A stretch of DNA of 64,000 nt from an uncultured Gammaproteobacteria bacterium (GTDB lineage Bacteria; Patescibacteriota; Patescibacteriia; Magasanikbacterales; UBA922). The translations under genes were made by a program, and so were the position numbers. The notes beneath the pieces are model-generated. The model did no database searches. It was not told the DNA's origin and saw nothing but the letters and a program-made list of their open reading frames with translations. The stretch lies in NCBI GenBank assembly GCA_964566225.1, contig CAZMHV010000003.1:6658-70657 (forward strand), given 5' to 3'. How positions within the stretch are numbered: the stretch's first letter is position 1; each line of letters opens with the position of its first letter. Below are positions 18,231 through 27,904 of this stretch, piece by piece.

Positions 18231-18695
18231 ATGGCAGATGTATCCAAAAATAAAAATGTACTCATCGCGGTTTTGGTGATTGGTGTTTTGGCTGCTGGAT
18301 CTTTTGGTATATATCGTTCATCAGTATCAAATACTGTGGGTGCTCCTACAAATCCACCCGTTTCACAGCAAGATGTCCCTTCTGCGGTAAGTGCTTCGTA
18401 CAAAGATGGAGACTATACTGCTGTTGGTACCTACACAGCACCAAATGGACAGGAAACAATTGGTGTGAATGTAACATTAAAAAATAACGTAATTACCAAT
18501 GTTGCTGTACAAGCACAATCAACACAACCCCAATCGAAACGATTTCAAGATATGTTTGCCGAGAATGTTCAGGGTGCCGTAGTTGGAAAAAATATCAGTG
18601 AAATTAATCTCAAAAAAGTTTCTGGTTCATCTTTGACACCAAAAGGCTTCAATGATGCCCTCAATAAAATCAAAACACAGGCTGCTCAGGCGTAA
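18231..18695 (+). CDS. FMN-binding domain protein (NqrC/RnfG-like, extracytoplasmic, membrane-anchored)
   Basis: N-terminal TM helix, 'YKDGDYTAVGTYTAPNGQETIGVNVTLKNNVITNV' FMN_bind fold, and a C-terminal 'KKVSGSSLT' candidate flavinylation motif ([DN]xx[ST]G[AS][ST]). ORF-track start is 18171. Confidence 0.6.
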   Translation: MADVSKNKNVLIAVLVIGVLAAGSFGIYRSSVSNTVGAPTNPPVSQQDVPSAVSASYKDGDYTAVGTYTAPNGQETIGVNVTLKNNVITNVAVQAQSTQPQSKRFQDMFAENVQGAVVGKNISEINLKKVSGSSLTPKGFNDALNKIKTQAAQA

Positions 18696-18712
18696 TATCT
18701 TTTTGCACATTT

Positions 18713-19597
18713 TTGAGTATGCACCCTTCGAACTATACATTTGAAGCGATTGGTACTCATTGGCAGATAGATGTGTATGATGTTTTGACACCTGCTCAAG
18801 AAAAAAACTTGTTGACGAGAATACAAGATCGAATTGAATTATTTGATCGCACGTATTCTCGTTTTCGTTTTGATTCTCTTGTTACCAAAATGTCACAAGA
18901 AGCAGGGGAGTATGAGTTGCCTCCTGATGCAGTACCACTGTTTGACCTGTATAAAAAGTTGTATGATTTGACCCAAGGTTTTTTTACCCCGCTCATTGGT
19001 CAAACATTGGTAGAGGCTGGGTATGATGCAGAGTATTCTTTGCAGTCGAAAACACTTCATCATCCCAAGCGATGGGAAGACGTGATGGAATTCCGTGCAC
19101 CGTATTTGTTGGTCAAACAGCCAGTGCTGCTGGATATTGGAGCGGCTGGCAAAGGGTACCTCATTGATATTGTGGGGCGACTGCTTGAAGAAAATGGTAT
19201 ACACAATTATTGTGTTGATGCGGGTGGAGATATTTTGCACCGTAGTACAAGTGGTGAGTCACTTCAAATTGGACTGGAACACCCACAAAATTTGGAGCAG
19301 GTGATTGGGGTGGTCAATGTCTGGAACCAAAGTTTGTGTGGTTCTGCGGGCAATCGTCGAGCGTGGGGAGAGTTTCATCACATCATCAATCCCTTTACAC
19401 TTTCTTCACCACGGAGTATTCTAGCGGTGTGGGTAATGGCAGACTCAACTTTACTTGCTGACGGACTTTCCACGTGTTTGTTTTTTGTTCCTGCTGAGAC
19501 ATTGCAAACAAAATTCGAATTTGAATATTTAATCGTACGTGACGACTATTCAGTTGAAAAATCTTCTGGTTTTGATGCTGAACTTTTTTTTAGATAA
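18713..19597 (+). CDS. apbE: FAD:protein FMN transferase (ApbE family)
   Basis: 'LDIGAAGKGYLID', 'HHIINP' and overall ApbE-like sequence. 294 aa. Confidence 0.75.
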   Translation: MSMHPSNYTFEAIGTHWQIDVYDVLTPAQEKNLLTRIQDRIELFDRTYSRFRFDSLVTKMSQEAGEYELPPDAVPLFDLYKKLYDLTQGFFTPLIGQTLVEAGYDAEYSLQSKTLHHPKRWEDVMEFRAPYLLVKQPVLLDIGAAGKGYLIDIVGRLLEENGIHNYCVDAGGDILHRSTSGESLQIGLEHPQNLEQVIGVVNVWNQSLCGSAGNRRAWGEFHHIINPFTLSSPRSILAVWVMADSTLLADGLSTCLFFVPAETLQTKFEFEYLIVRDDYSVEKSSGFDAELFFR

Positions 19598-19602
19598 ATT
19601 GT

Positions 19603-21123
19603 ATGCTCAAGTTTATTGATAAATTTCTCAACTCCATTACCATGTACAAATTGGTTTTGTCGGGACTCTCGGGGCTCGCTGTTTTGAGCATTGTGCTTAG
19701 TTTTGCTGGAGTATTGCCATTTACTGGTTTGCAATTACTCGGTTCACTTTTGGTGTTAGTGGGTACGTGTTATCTTACGAATGAAATTACTGGCCGCTTG
19801 CTCAAGGCTCCTCGCAATAGTGAATCATATTTCATTACTGCCCTTATTTTGTTTTTTGTTGTTGCACCATTTATTGGGAGTAAAGAATTTTTTATGGTCG
19901 TGGGAATCGCTGTGTTGGCCATGGCTTCCAAGTACATTTTTGCCATTCACAAAAAACATTTGTTTAACCCTGCAGCCATTTCCGTACTGATTGCCGGGCT
20001 TCTCGGCAGTGGACTTTCTATTTGGTGGGTGGGCAGCGCAGTGCTTTCTCCGTTTACCGCTCTTTTGGGACTTTTGATTGTACGAAAAATTCGTCGTTTT
20101 TCTTTGTTTGTTTCATTTGTGGTGACCAGTTTGATAGTGATGATTTTGTTTGGTATCAAAAATGGCCTTGGCATTTCGAGTGTCTTGGTTGAAGCTTTTA
20201 TTTCTTGGCCGCTTGTGTTTTTTGCTTCTGTTATGCTCACCGAACCACTCACCACACCTCCCACGCGTCAGTGGCAAATAGTGTATGGAGCATTGGTCGG
20301 GGCCTTGTTTAGTTCATCGTTTCACTTTGGACCAATCTCAGCGACTCCAGAATTTGCTTTGGTCGTCGGAAATATTTTTTCATATATTGTAAGTTCCAAA
20401 CAAAAGCTGTTGCTCACCCTCAAAGAAAAGAAAATGATTGTGCCAGGTATTTACGAATTTATTTTTACTCCCAATCAAAAATTGGCATTTATTCCGGGGC
20501 AATATTTGGAATGGACCTTGCCACATGCCAAGGCAGACAGCCGAGGAAACAGACGGTACTTTACCATTGCTTCTTCACCAACTGAAGACGAAATAAAATT
20601 GGGAGTACGTATCAATGAAAAAGAATCGAGTAGTTTCAAAAAAGCACTTCTGCAAATGCAAAATGGTGATGTGATGGTGGCGTCACAACTTGCTGGAGAT
20701 TTTACGTTGCCTCAGGATTCCAAAAAGAAACTGGTGTTTATTGCCGGTGGCATTGGCATTACACCGTTTCGCAGTATGGTTCAGTATTTACTCGATAAAA
20801 ACGAAAAACGTGATGTAACGTTATTTTATTCTACACTCGATCCCAATACGTGTGCATACAATCCAGTCTTTGAAGAAGCCGTACAAAAAATTGGTCTCAA
20901 AAATATTTGTGTGATCTCGGATGCGAGTAGAATTCCTTCGGGTTGGGCAGGGGAGAGTGGATATATTACTTCTGAAATGATTCAAAAGCATATTCCAAAT
21001 TTTGCTGATCATGTGTTTTATCTGTCTGGGCCCAATGCCATGGTGGAAAATTACAAAAAGTTGCTCCTGGGTATGGGGGTTGCCAAAAAGAATATTGAAA
21101 CAGATTATTTCCCTGGGTTTTAA
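19603..21123 (+). CDS. Fusion: NqrB/RnfD-like membrane domain plus ferredoxin-NADP reductase-like FAD/NAD(P)-binding oxidoreductase domain
   Basis: N-terminal half has about 6 TM segments with the 'FNPAAISVL' motif characteristic of NqrB/RnfD. C-terminal half has 'RRYFTIASSP' (FAD RxYS), 'GGIGITPF' and 'FYLSGP' (NAD-binding). Confidence 0.6.
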   Translation: MLKFIDKFLNSITMYKLVLSGLSGLAVLSIVLSFAGVLPFTGLQLLGSLLVLVGTCYLTNEITGRLLKAPRNSESYFITALILFFVVAPFIGSKEFFMVVGIAVLAMASKYIFAIHKKHLFNPAAISVLIAGLLGSGLSIWWVGSAVLSPFTALLGLLIVRKIRRFSLFVSFVVTSLIVMILFGIKNGLGISSVLVEAFISWPLVFFASVMLTEPLTTPPTRQWQIVYGALVGALFSSSFHFGPISATPEFALVVGNIFSYIVSSKQKLLLTLKEKKMIVPGIYEFIFTPNQKLAFIPGQYLEWTLPHAKADSRGNRRYFTIASSPTEDEIKLGVRINEKESSSFKKALLQMQNGDVMVASQLAGDFTLPQDSKKKLVFIAGGIGITPFRSMVQYLLDKNEKRDVTLFYSTLDPNTCAYNPVFEEAVQKIGLKNICVISDASRIPSGWAGESGYITSEMIQKHIPNFADHVFYLSGPNAMVENYKKLLLGMGVAKKNIETDYFPGF

Positions 21124-21135
21124 AGAGATTTGATA

Positions 21136-21165
21136 AAAAATACAGCTTCATCGGCTGTATTTTTT
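21136..21165. terminator. Bidirectional rho-independent terminator between convergent genes
   Basis: AAAAATACAGC(ttcatcg)GCTGTATTTTTT, a perfect hairpin flanked by A and T runs. Confidence 0.65.
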
Positions 21166-22951
21166 AAATTTGTTTTTCAATCTCTGCAATCACTCCTTGC
21201 ACCTCCATCCACTCTTTTTCTTTTTCTTCAATCACACCAGTCACATCATGCAGCTTCTGTGTTTTCTCAAGTGAAAACTCAGTAGTATGCTTTTCAAACC
21301 ATTTAAGCAGTTTTTGTTTGTCTCGCTCCAGTTCCATAATTTCCACTTCCACGTCATGCAGTTTTCGTTTTTCTTTTTTAAGTTGTTCACGCATTTCCTT
21401 TTTTTGATCTTCGGTGGTTGGTTCAGATTTGGCGTCAACAGATTTTGGTTGAATGCCCAAATCTTTTTCAAGTTCTTGCTCCAAGTGCCACACATATTCT
21501 TCGTAGTTGTGGTGGTATCGTTTCACCCGACCATTTTTGACTTCAATAATGGCCGAGGCAACCAGGTTTACAAAGGTACGGTTGTGACTAATAAACATAA
21601 CCGTGGCATTACAATTTTGCAGGGCTGCCCCGAGTGCTTCAACTGTTTCAAAGTCCAAGTGGTTGGTCGGTTCATCGAGCAGCAATACTTGATTTTTTTG
21701 CAGCAAAATTCCAGCAAGACAGAGTCTGGCTTTTTCTCCACCACTGAGGACTGAAATTGGTTTACTTAGGTCGTCTCCAGAAAACAAAAAGTTTCCAGCA
21801 ATCTCGAGTACTTCTTCGGTTTTAACTTCGGCATTCGCAGTGCGACGCAAATATGCATTTACGGTTTCACTTGGGTTCAGCATACTTGGTACATGCTGCG
21901 CATAGTAGCCAACTTTAATATGTGGCCCCCAGCGATAAGTTCCAGCGAGAGAAGGAAGTTCATCGGCAATGGTTTTGAGAAATGTGGTTTTTCCTTGTCC
22001 ATTGTCCCCAACAATTGCCACATGTTCACCGCGTTCAATATCAAGCGTAATATCATTGGCAATAACTTTTTCGCCATAACCAATTACCAGTTCGTTGATA
22101 GTCAAAGCAATTCCTTTGCGATCTTCAACGCGGGGAATACGAATGCGCGTGGTGGACAGGGGATGCAAAATATCTATGGTTTTGAGTTTGGCAATTTGTT
22201 TGAGTTTGGATTGTGCCTGTGTTGCTTTACTTGCCTTGTAACGGAATCGATCCACAAATTCAGTGAGGTGTTTTTTTTCTTGTTCCACTTTTTTGTTGTA
22301 GCGTTTCATCATCTCCAGTTGATCTTCTTTGTATTGCAAATATTCTTCAATATCTCCGGGATACATGGTGGTTTTGCCCTGTTCAATTTCAAGTGTACTC
22401 GTGCACGTATTTTTCAAAAATTCACGGTCGTGTGAAATGAGCAGGAATGTGCCATTGTAGGTTTGCAAAAATTGTTCGAGCAAGAGCAATGTGGAAAGGT
22501 CAAGGTAGTTGGTCGGTTCATCGAGGAGTAACAAGTTTGGATCATGCAAAAGTAAATCAATCAGTTTCACACGCATTTGGTATCCACCTGCAAGCGCCCC
22601 AATTTTACGGTTGAGCATTTCATTTTTTATCTGAAATTTCCCCGCCATTTTGGCACACTGCCATTCTTCTTTGCCAGTGGAGCGAAGCAAAAATTCCATC
22701 ACTGTTTCATCAAAACTATATGGGTCGTGCTGGGTCAGGTAGCCAAGCCGAGTAGTATCATGAATCAAAACCTCGCCTGATGTTTTTTCTTCGTCACCTA
22801 CCACAATCCGAAACAGGGTCGATTTGCCTGCACCATTGCGCCCAATCACTCCAATTTTTTGCTTTTCAGCAATCGTAAGAGTCACGTTATCAAGGATAAC
22901 GCGTGGGCCAAAGGATTTGTGCAGGTTGTTGACTTGGAGGAGGGTGGACAT
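21164..22951 (-). CDS. ABC-F family ATPase (two ABC ATPase cassettes, C-terminal coiled coil; EttA/Uup-like)
   Basis: Two Walker A motifs ('GRNGAGKST', 'GDNGQGKTT'), two LSGG signature motifs, no TM domain, charged coiled-coil tail. 595 aa. Confidence 0.85.
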   Translation of the reverse strand: MSTLLQVNNLHKSFGPRVILDNVTLTIAEKQKIGVIGRNGAGKSTLFRIVVGDEEKTSGEVLIHDTTRLGYLTQHDPYSFDETVMEFLLRSTGKEEWQCAKMAGKFQIKNEMLNRKIGALAGGYQMRVKLIDLLLHDPNLLLLDEPTNYLDLSTLLLLEQFLQTYNGTFLLISHDREFLKNTCTSTLEIEQGKTTMYPGDIEEYLQYKEDQLEMMKRYNKKVEQEKKHLTEFVDRFRYKASKATQAQSKLKQIAKLKTIDILHPLSTTRIRIPRVEDRKGIALTINELVIGYGEKVIANDITLDIERGEHVAIVGDNGQGKTTFLKTIADELPSLAGTYRWGPHIKVGYYAQHVPSMLNPSETVNAYLRRTANAEVKTEEVLEIAGNFLFSGDDLSKPISVLSGGEKARLCLAGILLQKNQVLLLDEPTNHLDFETVEALGAALQNCNATVMFISHNRTFVNLVASAIIEVKNGRVKRYHHNYEEYVWHLEQELEKDLGIQPKSVDAKSEPTTEDQKKEMREQLKKEKRKLHDVEVEIMELERDKQKLLKWFEKHTTEFSLEKTQKLHDVTGVIEEKEKEWMEVQGVIAEIEKQI

Positions 22952-23094
22952 ATATGGGGCTTATACTAGCAGAAAAGATGGAATTGGTAAAGTCTTTCTG
23001 CTTGAATTTTTGAGGTGTAAGTGATATGGTAGAAAAATAGATATTTGAGAAGTGTTTTTTATGCAACATGAAGAAAAAAAAGAAAAATAATACT

Positions 23095-24228
23095 ATGCAA
23101 AATTTTACCAATATTCCAATTATTCGAAATATTCTCTCTCATACTGGCCGTCTCGACGGCGACGACACCGGTTTTCGTTCAGTCGCTTTGAGTCCACTTG
23201 ATAAAATTAACCCAGATCCACTTGTTCTCATAAACAAGAGAGTAAAGTGTTATCCAAGAAATAGAAAATTCCAACGCAATAATTTTGATCCTATTATTTG
23301 TGATGGCAGTGTAAAAGATGAAAGAATGTTTTTGCGTGAGCCTGCTATACGTGCCATAGAAGAAGTAAATAATTTGCTAGAACCTTATGGAAGAGAGTTG
23401 GTACTCGTTGGTGCGTTTCGTCATGTTCACTCACAAGCGCTTGTTTTTTCGGACGCTTTCAATCGTTGGCTTGGTGAAAAAGAGTACGATCAACTCACTG
23501 TAACCGAACAAATACAACTCGGACGTAAAGCCAATGAAGCTGCTTTGTTTGTAGACATTTTACAAGATGATTTGTACGAAGGTGAAAAACAAAAAATAAA
23601 AATGAGTGATACTTTTTATGACATAATTTCTGCGGCAAAAAATTTAGAAAAAACTCCAGATCAGATAATTGACGAACTTTTCATTTATGAAACGAATCTT
23701 GGAAAATTGAATCTCAACCTTGATAAAATTGCGTCCACTGCACATGGAAATGGAGGTTCTGTTGACGCTTGGGTTATTGATTCTTCAAGTGGTAAATTTG
23801 TAAATCGTGGTGTACCAGCTGCATATAACCATGCTCCTGCTGTAATGGATTATTTTGAATGGGCTACGGTAGAAATGTTTGAAGACGAGAGACAAAAGAG
23901 TCCTGTACTCGATGCCTATCTGAGTGGTTATGGAGTAGAAAAAATAACAGAATCTGTTATGAAAGAAATTCGTAATGAACGAAGAATCTTGTTTCACGCC
24001 ATGATGCATGTGGGTGCAACGTATTTTTCTTTGGGCAAAACAGAAGGTGAATGTTGGCATTTTAATTTTGGAAATGAACGGGGAGGAAATCAGTTTGATG
24101 TATTGCCCTTTGGTGGTGGAGCACCACATTCTTTGTTAAAAAATATACGAGAGAAACACACAGAAGAAGTTACTGCTTGTTGGACCAATGAAGTAGCACA
24201 TAACATGTATGATCAATTGATGAAATAA
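23095..24228 (+). CDS. Peptidase M15 family protein (VanX-like D-Ala-D-Ala dipeptidase-like)
   Basis: 'STAHGNGGSVDAWV' resembles the M15 'SxHxxGxAVD' zinc-ligand motif. Start taken after the poly-Lys region (ORF track 23068). Confidence 0.45.
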   Translation: MQNFTNIPIIRNILSHTGRLDGDDTGFRSVALSPLDKINPDPLVLINKRVKCYPRNRKFQRNNFDPIICDGSVKDERMFLREPAIRAIEEVNNLLEPYGRELVLVGAFRHVHSQALVFSDAFNRWLGEKEYDQLTVTEQIQLGRKANEAALFVDILQDDLYEGEKQKIKMSDTFYDIISAAKNLEKTPDQIIDELFIYETNLGKLNLNLDKIASTAHGNGGSVDAWVIDSSSGKFVNRGVPAAYNHAPAVMDYFEWATVEMFEDERQKSPVLDAYLSGYGVEKITESVMKEIRNERRILFHAMMHVGATYFSLGKTEGECWHFNFGNERGGNQFDVLPFGGGAPHSLLKNIREKHTEEVTACWTNEVAHNMYDQLMK

Positions 24229-24265
24229 ACAATTTTTTATACATCGAAAAAATTAATTTCAACCA

Positions 24266-24300
24266 ATAAAAAAATTCTGATGATACATCAGAATTTTTTT
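24266..24300. terminator. Bidirectional terminator
   Basis: AAAAAATTCTGATG(ata)CATCAGAATTTTTTT. Confidence 0.6.
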
Positions 24301-24342
24301 CACTTTTGTTGTGACGAATAGTTCGTCATCACAAAGGCAGGC

Positions 24343-24386
24343 GGCTCGGCGACGACTGGACCGAAGTGGTCAGCGTCGCCGAGTCG
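24343..24386 (-). terminator. GC-rich hairpin just downstream of the high-GC lipoprotein gene
   Basis: CTCGGCGACG(19-nt loop)CGTCGCCGAG, a perfect 10-bp GC stem. Confidence 0.45.
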
Positions 24387-24441
24387 TGAATTGAGGATTG
24401 AGAGATGTTGATCGAGTCTCGCCGTGGAGGCGAGTGGAGTG

Positions 24442-25431
24442 TCAGCGCTTGGCCGCGGCCGCCGATCCGTTGCAGTCCAGCAACGACTTCTGGTTCTCCG
24501 TGAGGCTGGCCTCAAGGTCTTCGCAGAGTCGTTCACCGAGCCGCTCTTTGTCGTTGAGATTCTGTTCGCCGTATTTCTCCCCGTCCTTCGGAAGCTTCTT
24601 CCAGGTCTCGATGAGCTCGACGATGCCCTTGAGCTTCTTCTGGGCGACCATCTCCGGGGTCAGACCGTTGTAGATCTGGTTGGGCTGGGATTTGCCCTCG
24701 GAGACGAAACCAGAGAACTTGTCGACCAGGCTCACCCGATCGCCGTCGTCGCAATTCGGAGAGCTCACGCAGAAGAAGGTGGTGCTGGGGAAGGGCTTGT
24801 CGAAGAACACGATGTTGGCCAGAGCCTTGAGGTGGGCCAGGTTCAGCTCGTCGAGCTTCGCCTGGATCTTCTCGTCCGAGACCTCGTTGTTCGTCGTCAC
24901 CCCACTGGGAGAAGGGTGCTTCCTGAACCGCTCGAGGGGGTGTTCACAGGCGCTCAGCATGCTGAGTGCCTTCATGTACTCGTCGCGCAGTCGTCCCGCG
25001 CCGGTCTTGTCCTGCGCCGTGGCGGGCGTGGCCGCGGCGTTGACCTGGTTCGCGAAGTCCTTGGCGCCGAGGGGGTTCTCTCCATTCAGGCAGGCAGTGG
25101 CCTCCTTGGTGAGCCTGGCGAAGTTCTCCTTTTCTCCCGACGTGCTGCCGGGCGCGGCGCTTGTGGGCTCGAGGGCGCCCGATCCGCCGACCTTGACGGG
25201 TTCGGCGAACCGCGAGGTGAGCAACATGCTCAGTTTGTTGATGCATGCCTGCGCCGACATGAACTCTTCCGGTGTGCCGGTCGGGCACACGACCTCCACG
25301 TCATTGGCCGTGGGGGGTTCGTGGTAGTTGTAGGAGGACGAATCTTCCTCCACTTCTCCGTTGCAGCCGGCGAAGACTGTGGCCAGGATGGCGAGGAAGG
25401 CGGCGAGCGCCAGGACGATGCGGATCGGCAT
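24442..25431 (-). CDS. Putative lipoprotein encoded in a compositionally foreign (about 60% GC) segment
   Basis: 329 aa with signal peptide plus lipobox 'ATVFAGC'. Codon usage is strongly GC3-biased, unlike all neighbours. No known domain recognised. Confidence 0.6.
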   Translation of the reverse strand: MPIRIVLALAAFLAILATVFAGCNGEVEEDSSSYNYHEPPTANDVEVVCPTGTPEEFMSAQACINKLSMLLTSRFAEPVKVGGSGALEPTSAAPGSTSGEKENFARLTKEATACLNGENPLGAKDFANQVNAAATPATAQDKTGAGRLRDEYMKALSMLSACEHPLERFRKHPSPSGVTTNNEVSDEKIQAKLDELNLAHLKALANIVFFDKPFPSTTFFCVSSPNCDDGDRVSLVDKFSGFVSEGKSQPNQIYNGLTPEMVAQKKLKGIVELIETWKKLPKDGEKYGEQNLNDKERLGERLCEDLEASLTENQKSLLDCNGSAAAAKR

Positions 25432-25713
25432 CGGGGGATTCCTTTCAACAAGACACTATTTGGTTTCTCTCGATCTCTCGATCCAGCTTCTTTAGTCCCT
25501 AAAAACTAGGAAACCAAAAAAGCTGGATCGAAATTCTCTCAATTCAGTTGTAAAATAACGTGATTTAAGCGCAAAAATTGAGCTAAATCAACGAGCGAAT
25601 ATACCATAAAAAGAGAAGTTTGTCAAGTATATGTGAATAAATTTGCTTGTATAGAGCAAAATTTATAAGTTTTTTTAAAAATACTCATGATTTTATGATA
25701 TACTTTCTGTACT

Positions 25714-26541
25714 ATGCTCTCCATTCTCGACCCCCAATTTAGCAGCACCCACAATTACAAAAACGACGAAATGCTCCGCCGTCGACGAGCTTTGTATGAA
25801 TACGAAGTCAACCGTGTTGATATTTTTGCCGAGCTCATGGATGTTGTCGGTCAACACCCTGCATCGACACTGCTAGATGTGGCCTGTGGGTTTGGAGATT
25901 TTTTGATTCGTTTGCGTACGGAAAGAAAATTTGAGGGGAGATTGGTTGGAATTGACGCCTCGTCTGGAATGCTCCAAAAACCAATACAAATAGCTTTAGA
26001 AAAAAATTTGAATATTAAATTTGAATCTGCTGACGTGCATCACTTACCTTTTGGCGACGAAGAGTTTGAGAGTATTACGTGCAATTTTGCTTTGTATGCT
26101 TTTGAAAATATGCCACAGGCAATTACCGAAATACACCGATGTCTCAAAAAGGGTGGGTATTTTATTGGTGCTGTGCATGGAGAAAATAACCGACCAAAGT
26201 GGTCATCTTACTTGCATAAAATCTCAGATATGTTAGGGTTAGAAAGTCAGCCATTTGCTTGGGATCGTGTGAATATCCAAAACATTGATTCATCGTTATC
26301 GGGTTTTGTTGTAAAAGAGAAAAAATATTTTGAAACCATTATTCGACTACAAAATGCTGAACCCTTTGTTGACTATACTGATACTTTTCGTGACTTGCGA
26401 TATAACCCCGTGCCAACGGATGATCAGTGGAGTCAGGCACTTGACCTGGTGAGAAGTGAAGTGAACAAAGAAATTGAGCAAAATGGCTTTTTTGAAGAGA
26501 TTTCAAAAACAGGAATATTTATTGCACAAAAATTAGGATAA
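25714..26541 (+). CDS. Class I SAM-dependent methyltransferase
   Basis: Motif I 'LLDVACGFGDF' and Rossmann-fold MTase layout. 275 aa. Confidence 0.7.
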   Translation: MLSILDPQFSSTHNYKNDEMLRRRRALYEYEVNRVDIFAELMDVVGQHPASTLLDVACGFGDFLIRLRTERKFEGRLVGIDASSGMLQKPIQIALEKNLNIKFESADVHHLPFGDEEFESITCNFALYAFENMPQAITEIHRCLKKGGYFIGAVHGENNRPKWSSYLHKISDMLGLESQPFAWDRVNIQNIDSSLSGFVVKEKKYFETIIRLQNAEPFVDYTDTFRDLRYNPVPTDDQWSQALDLVRSEVNKEIEQNGFFEEISKTGIFIAQKLG

Positions 26542-26556
26542 AACCTTTTTCAACCT

Positions 26557-27843
26557 ATGTCCGACGTCGCCATACAAATTTTTTTCATTTTTCTGTTGTT
26601 TTTGTTCAACGGTCTTTTGGCCATGTCCGAAATTGCCATTATCACGTCTCGCCGCGCGCGGCTGGAACAACTCAAAGAAGAAGGAGACAAGCGGGCTGAA
26701 CTGGCTATTGAACTTTCTCAGAAGTCCGATGAGTTTTTGTCGACCATTCAAATTGGTATTACTCTGGTAGGAATTTTTGCTGGAGTATTTGGAGGAGCCA
26801 CGCTCACCAGTCGGTTAGAATCTTTTTTGAATACAACTTTTTTTTCTCCCTACAGTTCGGTGTTGAGTTTTGTGGTTATCGTTGGTGGCATCACATTTTT
26901 TTCTTTGCTCATAGGCGAGCTTGCCCCCAAACGCATTGCACTCAACAACCCCGAAAAAATTGCTCTGCGAATGGCACGACCACTCAAAATGCTTTCTCAC
27001 ATTACCTATCCATTTGTAAAAATTTTAAGTATTTCAAGTACCTTACTTCTCAAAATGATTGGGAGTTCGCCTCTCAGTCAGCCGCCCGTGAGTGAAGAAG
27101 AAGTAAAGTATCTTATTAAAGAGGGAACTGAGGCAGGTGTGTTTGAAGAAGCCGAACAAGACATGATGGAAAGTGTTTTGAAGCTTGGCAACAAGCCCAT
27201 TGGTGCACTCATGACTCCGCGAACCGAAATTGAGTGGCACGATATTGAAGATTCACTTGAAAAATTTCACGAAACCATTACCCAAAGTTCTCGGTCTGTG
27301 TTTCCTGTTGGAAAGGGAAGTCTTGATAATGTACTTGGTGTGATTCATACCAAAGATTATTTGTCCAAAAAACTTTCGAGCGATGTTTTTCCTTTGGAAG
27401 AAATTATCAAAGACAGTTTGTTTATTTTAGAGAGTACTCCTGTGCTAAAAGTCGTAGAAATGTTTAAACGCAGTGCCATACACATTGCTTTTATTATTGA
27501 CGAACATGGTGTGGTGCAAGGACTCGTGACCATCAATGATGTTCTTGAATCAATTATTGGTGATATTTCCCTCACAGGTGAACCTGAGTCAGTGCAGCGC
27601 GAAGACGGCTCGTGGCTCATTGATGGCATGCTTCCTCTCGACGAATTCAAAAAGATTTTCAATATTGAAAAATGGGCTGGTGAAGAAAAAGGACACTATC
27701 ACACTATGGGTGGTCTCATTTTGGTGCACTTTGGCAAAATTCCTTCTGTTGGAAATAATTTTGAGTGGAATGGATTTCGGTTTGAAGTGGTAGACATGGA
27801 TGGCAGACGGGTTGACAAGATACTCGTGACGAAAAAAATATAA
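26557..27843 (+). CDS. CNNM/CorC/TlyC-family membrane protein (DUF21 + CBS pair + CorC_HlyC domain)
   Basis: N-terminal 4-TM DUF21 ('MSEIAIITSRRARLEQL'), tandem CBS domains and C-terminal transporter-associated domain. 428 aa. Confidence 0.8.
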   Translation: MSDVAIQIFFIFLLFLFNGLLAMSEIAIITSRRARLEQLKEEGDKRAELAIELSQKSDEFLSTIQIGITLVGIFAGVFGGATLTSRLESFLNTTFFSPYSSVLSFVVIVGGITFFSLLIGELAPKRIALNNPEKIALRMARPLKMLSHITYPFVKILSISSTLLLKMIGSSPLSQPPVSEEEVKYLIKEGTEAGVFEEAEQDMMESVLKLGNKPIGALMTPRTEIEWHDIEDSLEKFHETITQSSRSVFPVGKGSLDNVLGVIHTKDYLSKKLSSDVFPLEEIIKDSLFILESTPVLKVVEMFKRSAIHIAFIIDEHGVVQGLVTINDVLESIIGDISLTGEPESVQREDGSWLIDGMLPLDEFKKIFNIEKWAGEEKGHYHTMGGLILVHFGKIPSVGNNFEWNGFRFEVVDMDGRRVDKILVTKKI

Positions 27844-27904
27844 TTTTGAAAAAAAATATGTTATACTACTGACAGAATCACCTGTCAGTTTTTATAATAC
27901 AACT

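Noticed and set aside
21287-22435. Plus-strand ORFs (155 aa and 180 aa) inside the ABC-F gene
   Set aside because: Antisense to an ORF carrying clear Walker/ABC signature motifs. The translations are Phe-rich low-complexity.
24424-25509. Long plus-strand ORFs (361 aa, 215 aa, 91 aa and others) and additional minus-strand ORFs overlapping the high-GC lipoprotein gene
   Set aside because: High GC content suppresses stop codons in all frames. The translated products are low-complexity Arg/Gly/Ala-rich artefacts. Only the minus-strand ORF has a signal peptide plus lipobox and sensible composition.
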